A stretch of 48,320 nt of DNA from an uncultured Halobacteria archaeon. Lineage in GTDB: Archaea > Halobacteriota > Halobacteria > Halobacteriales > Haloferacaceae. A model generated the notes under the pieces. The model was not told the DNA's origin and searched no databases. It was given only the letters and a program-made list of their open reading frames with translations. Within the stretch, counting starts at the first letter, position 1; each line of letters starts with the position of its first letter. Below are positions 48,230-48,320 of the stretch, piece by piece. The position numbers and the translations under genes are program-made. The DNA lies in assembly GCA_937142015.1 (NCBI GenBank), contig CAKZQY010000013.1, positions 1 to 48,320 on the forward strand, read 5' to 3'.

Positions 48230-48320
48230 AGGCACGCGGGCGAGCAGCGGAGTCGAGGAGGCACACGGGCGAGCAGCGGAGTCGAGGAGGCACACGGGCG
48301 AGCAGCGGAGTCGAGGAGGC
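48230..48320. repeat. 29-bp tandem repeat (3+ copies, runs off the window)
   Basis: Unit AGGCACRCGGGCGAGCAGCGGAGTCGAGG, head-to-tail with no spacers. Confidence 0.9.

Noticed and set aside
48230-48320. 29-bp repeats as a CRISPR array
   Set aside because: Units are head-to-tail with no unique spacers, and no cas genes are in the window
1-48320. tRNA, rRNA or transposase genes
   Set aside because: No cloverleaf, rRNA-like tract or DDE/HUH transposase ORF recognised by eye; a tRNAscan/Infernal run would be needed to exclude small RNAs

Overview
High-GC haloarchaeal (class Halobacteria) chromosomal DNA, judged from acidic proteins, leaderless TATA promoters and haloarchaeal gene families. It carries about 30 CDSs. 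These include a co-oriented minus-strand cluster (reversibly-glycosylated-polypeptide/GT75 gene, Fe3+ ABC transporter, ArnT/PMT-like GT-C glycosyltransferase, MazG-like pyrophosphatase) with three TTAGG-N4-CCTAA palindromes resembling DtxR-family operators. Also present are two sensor kinases, acyl-CoA dehydrogenase, Usp, hydantoinase/oxoprolinase A+B, formate dehydrogenase alpha, a GLUG surface protein, an Nramp-family transporter, AlaX, an M50 protease, TraB, an FAD/Fe-S oxidoreductase and a lone Rad50/SMC-like ATPase. Non-coding highlights are three families of ~110-bp TA-bounded inverted-repeat elements that sit at gene ends and stack on each other, and pervasive 18-36 bp tandem duplications (in frame in genes, mostly out of frame between genes). 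One of these duplications creates two tandem uORFs ahead of the Nramp gene. No rRNA, tRNA, CRISPR array or transposase was seen. Product calls rest on motif recognition by eye; no database search was run.
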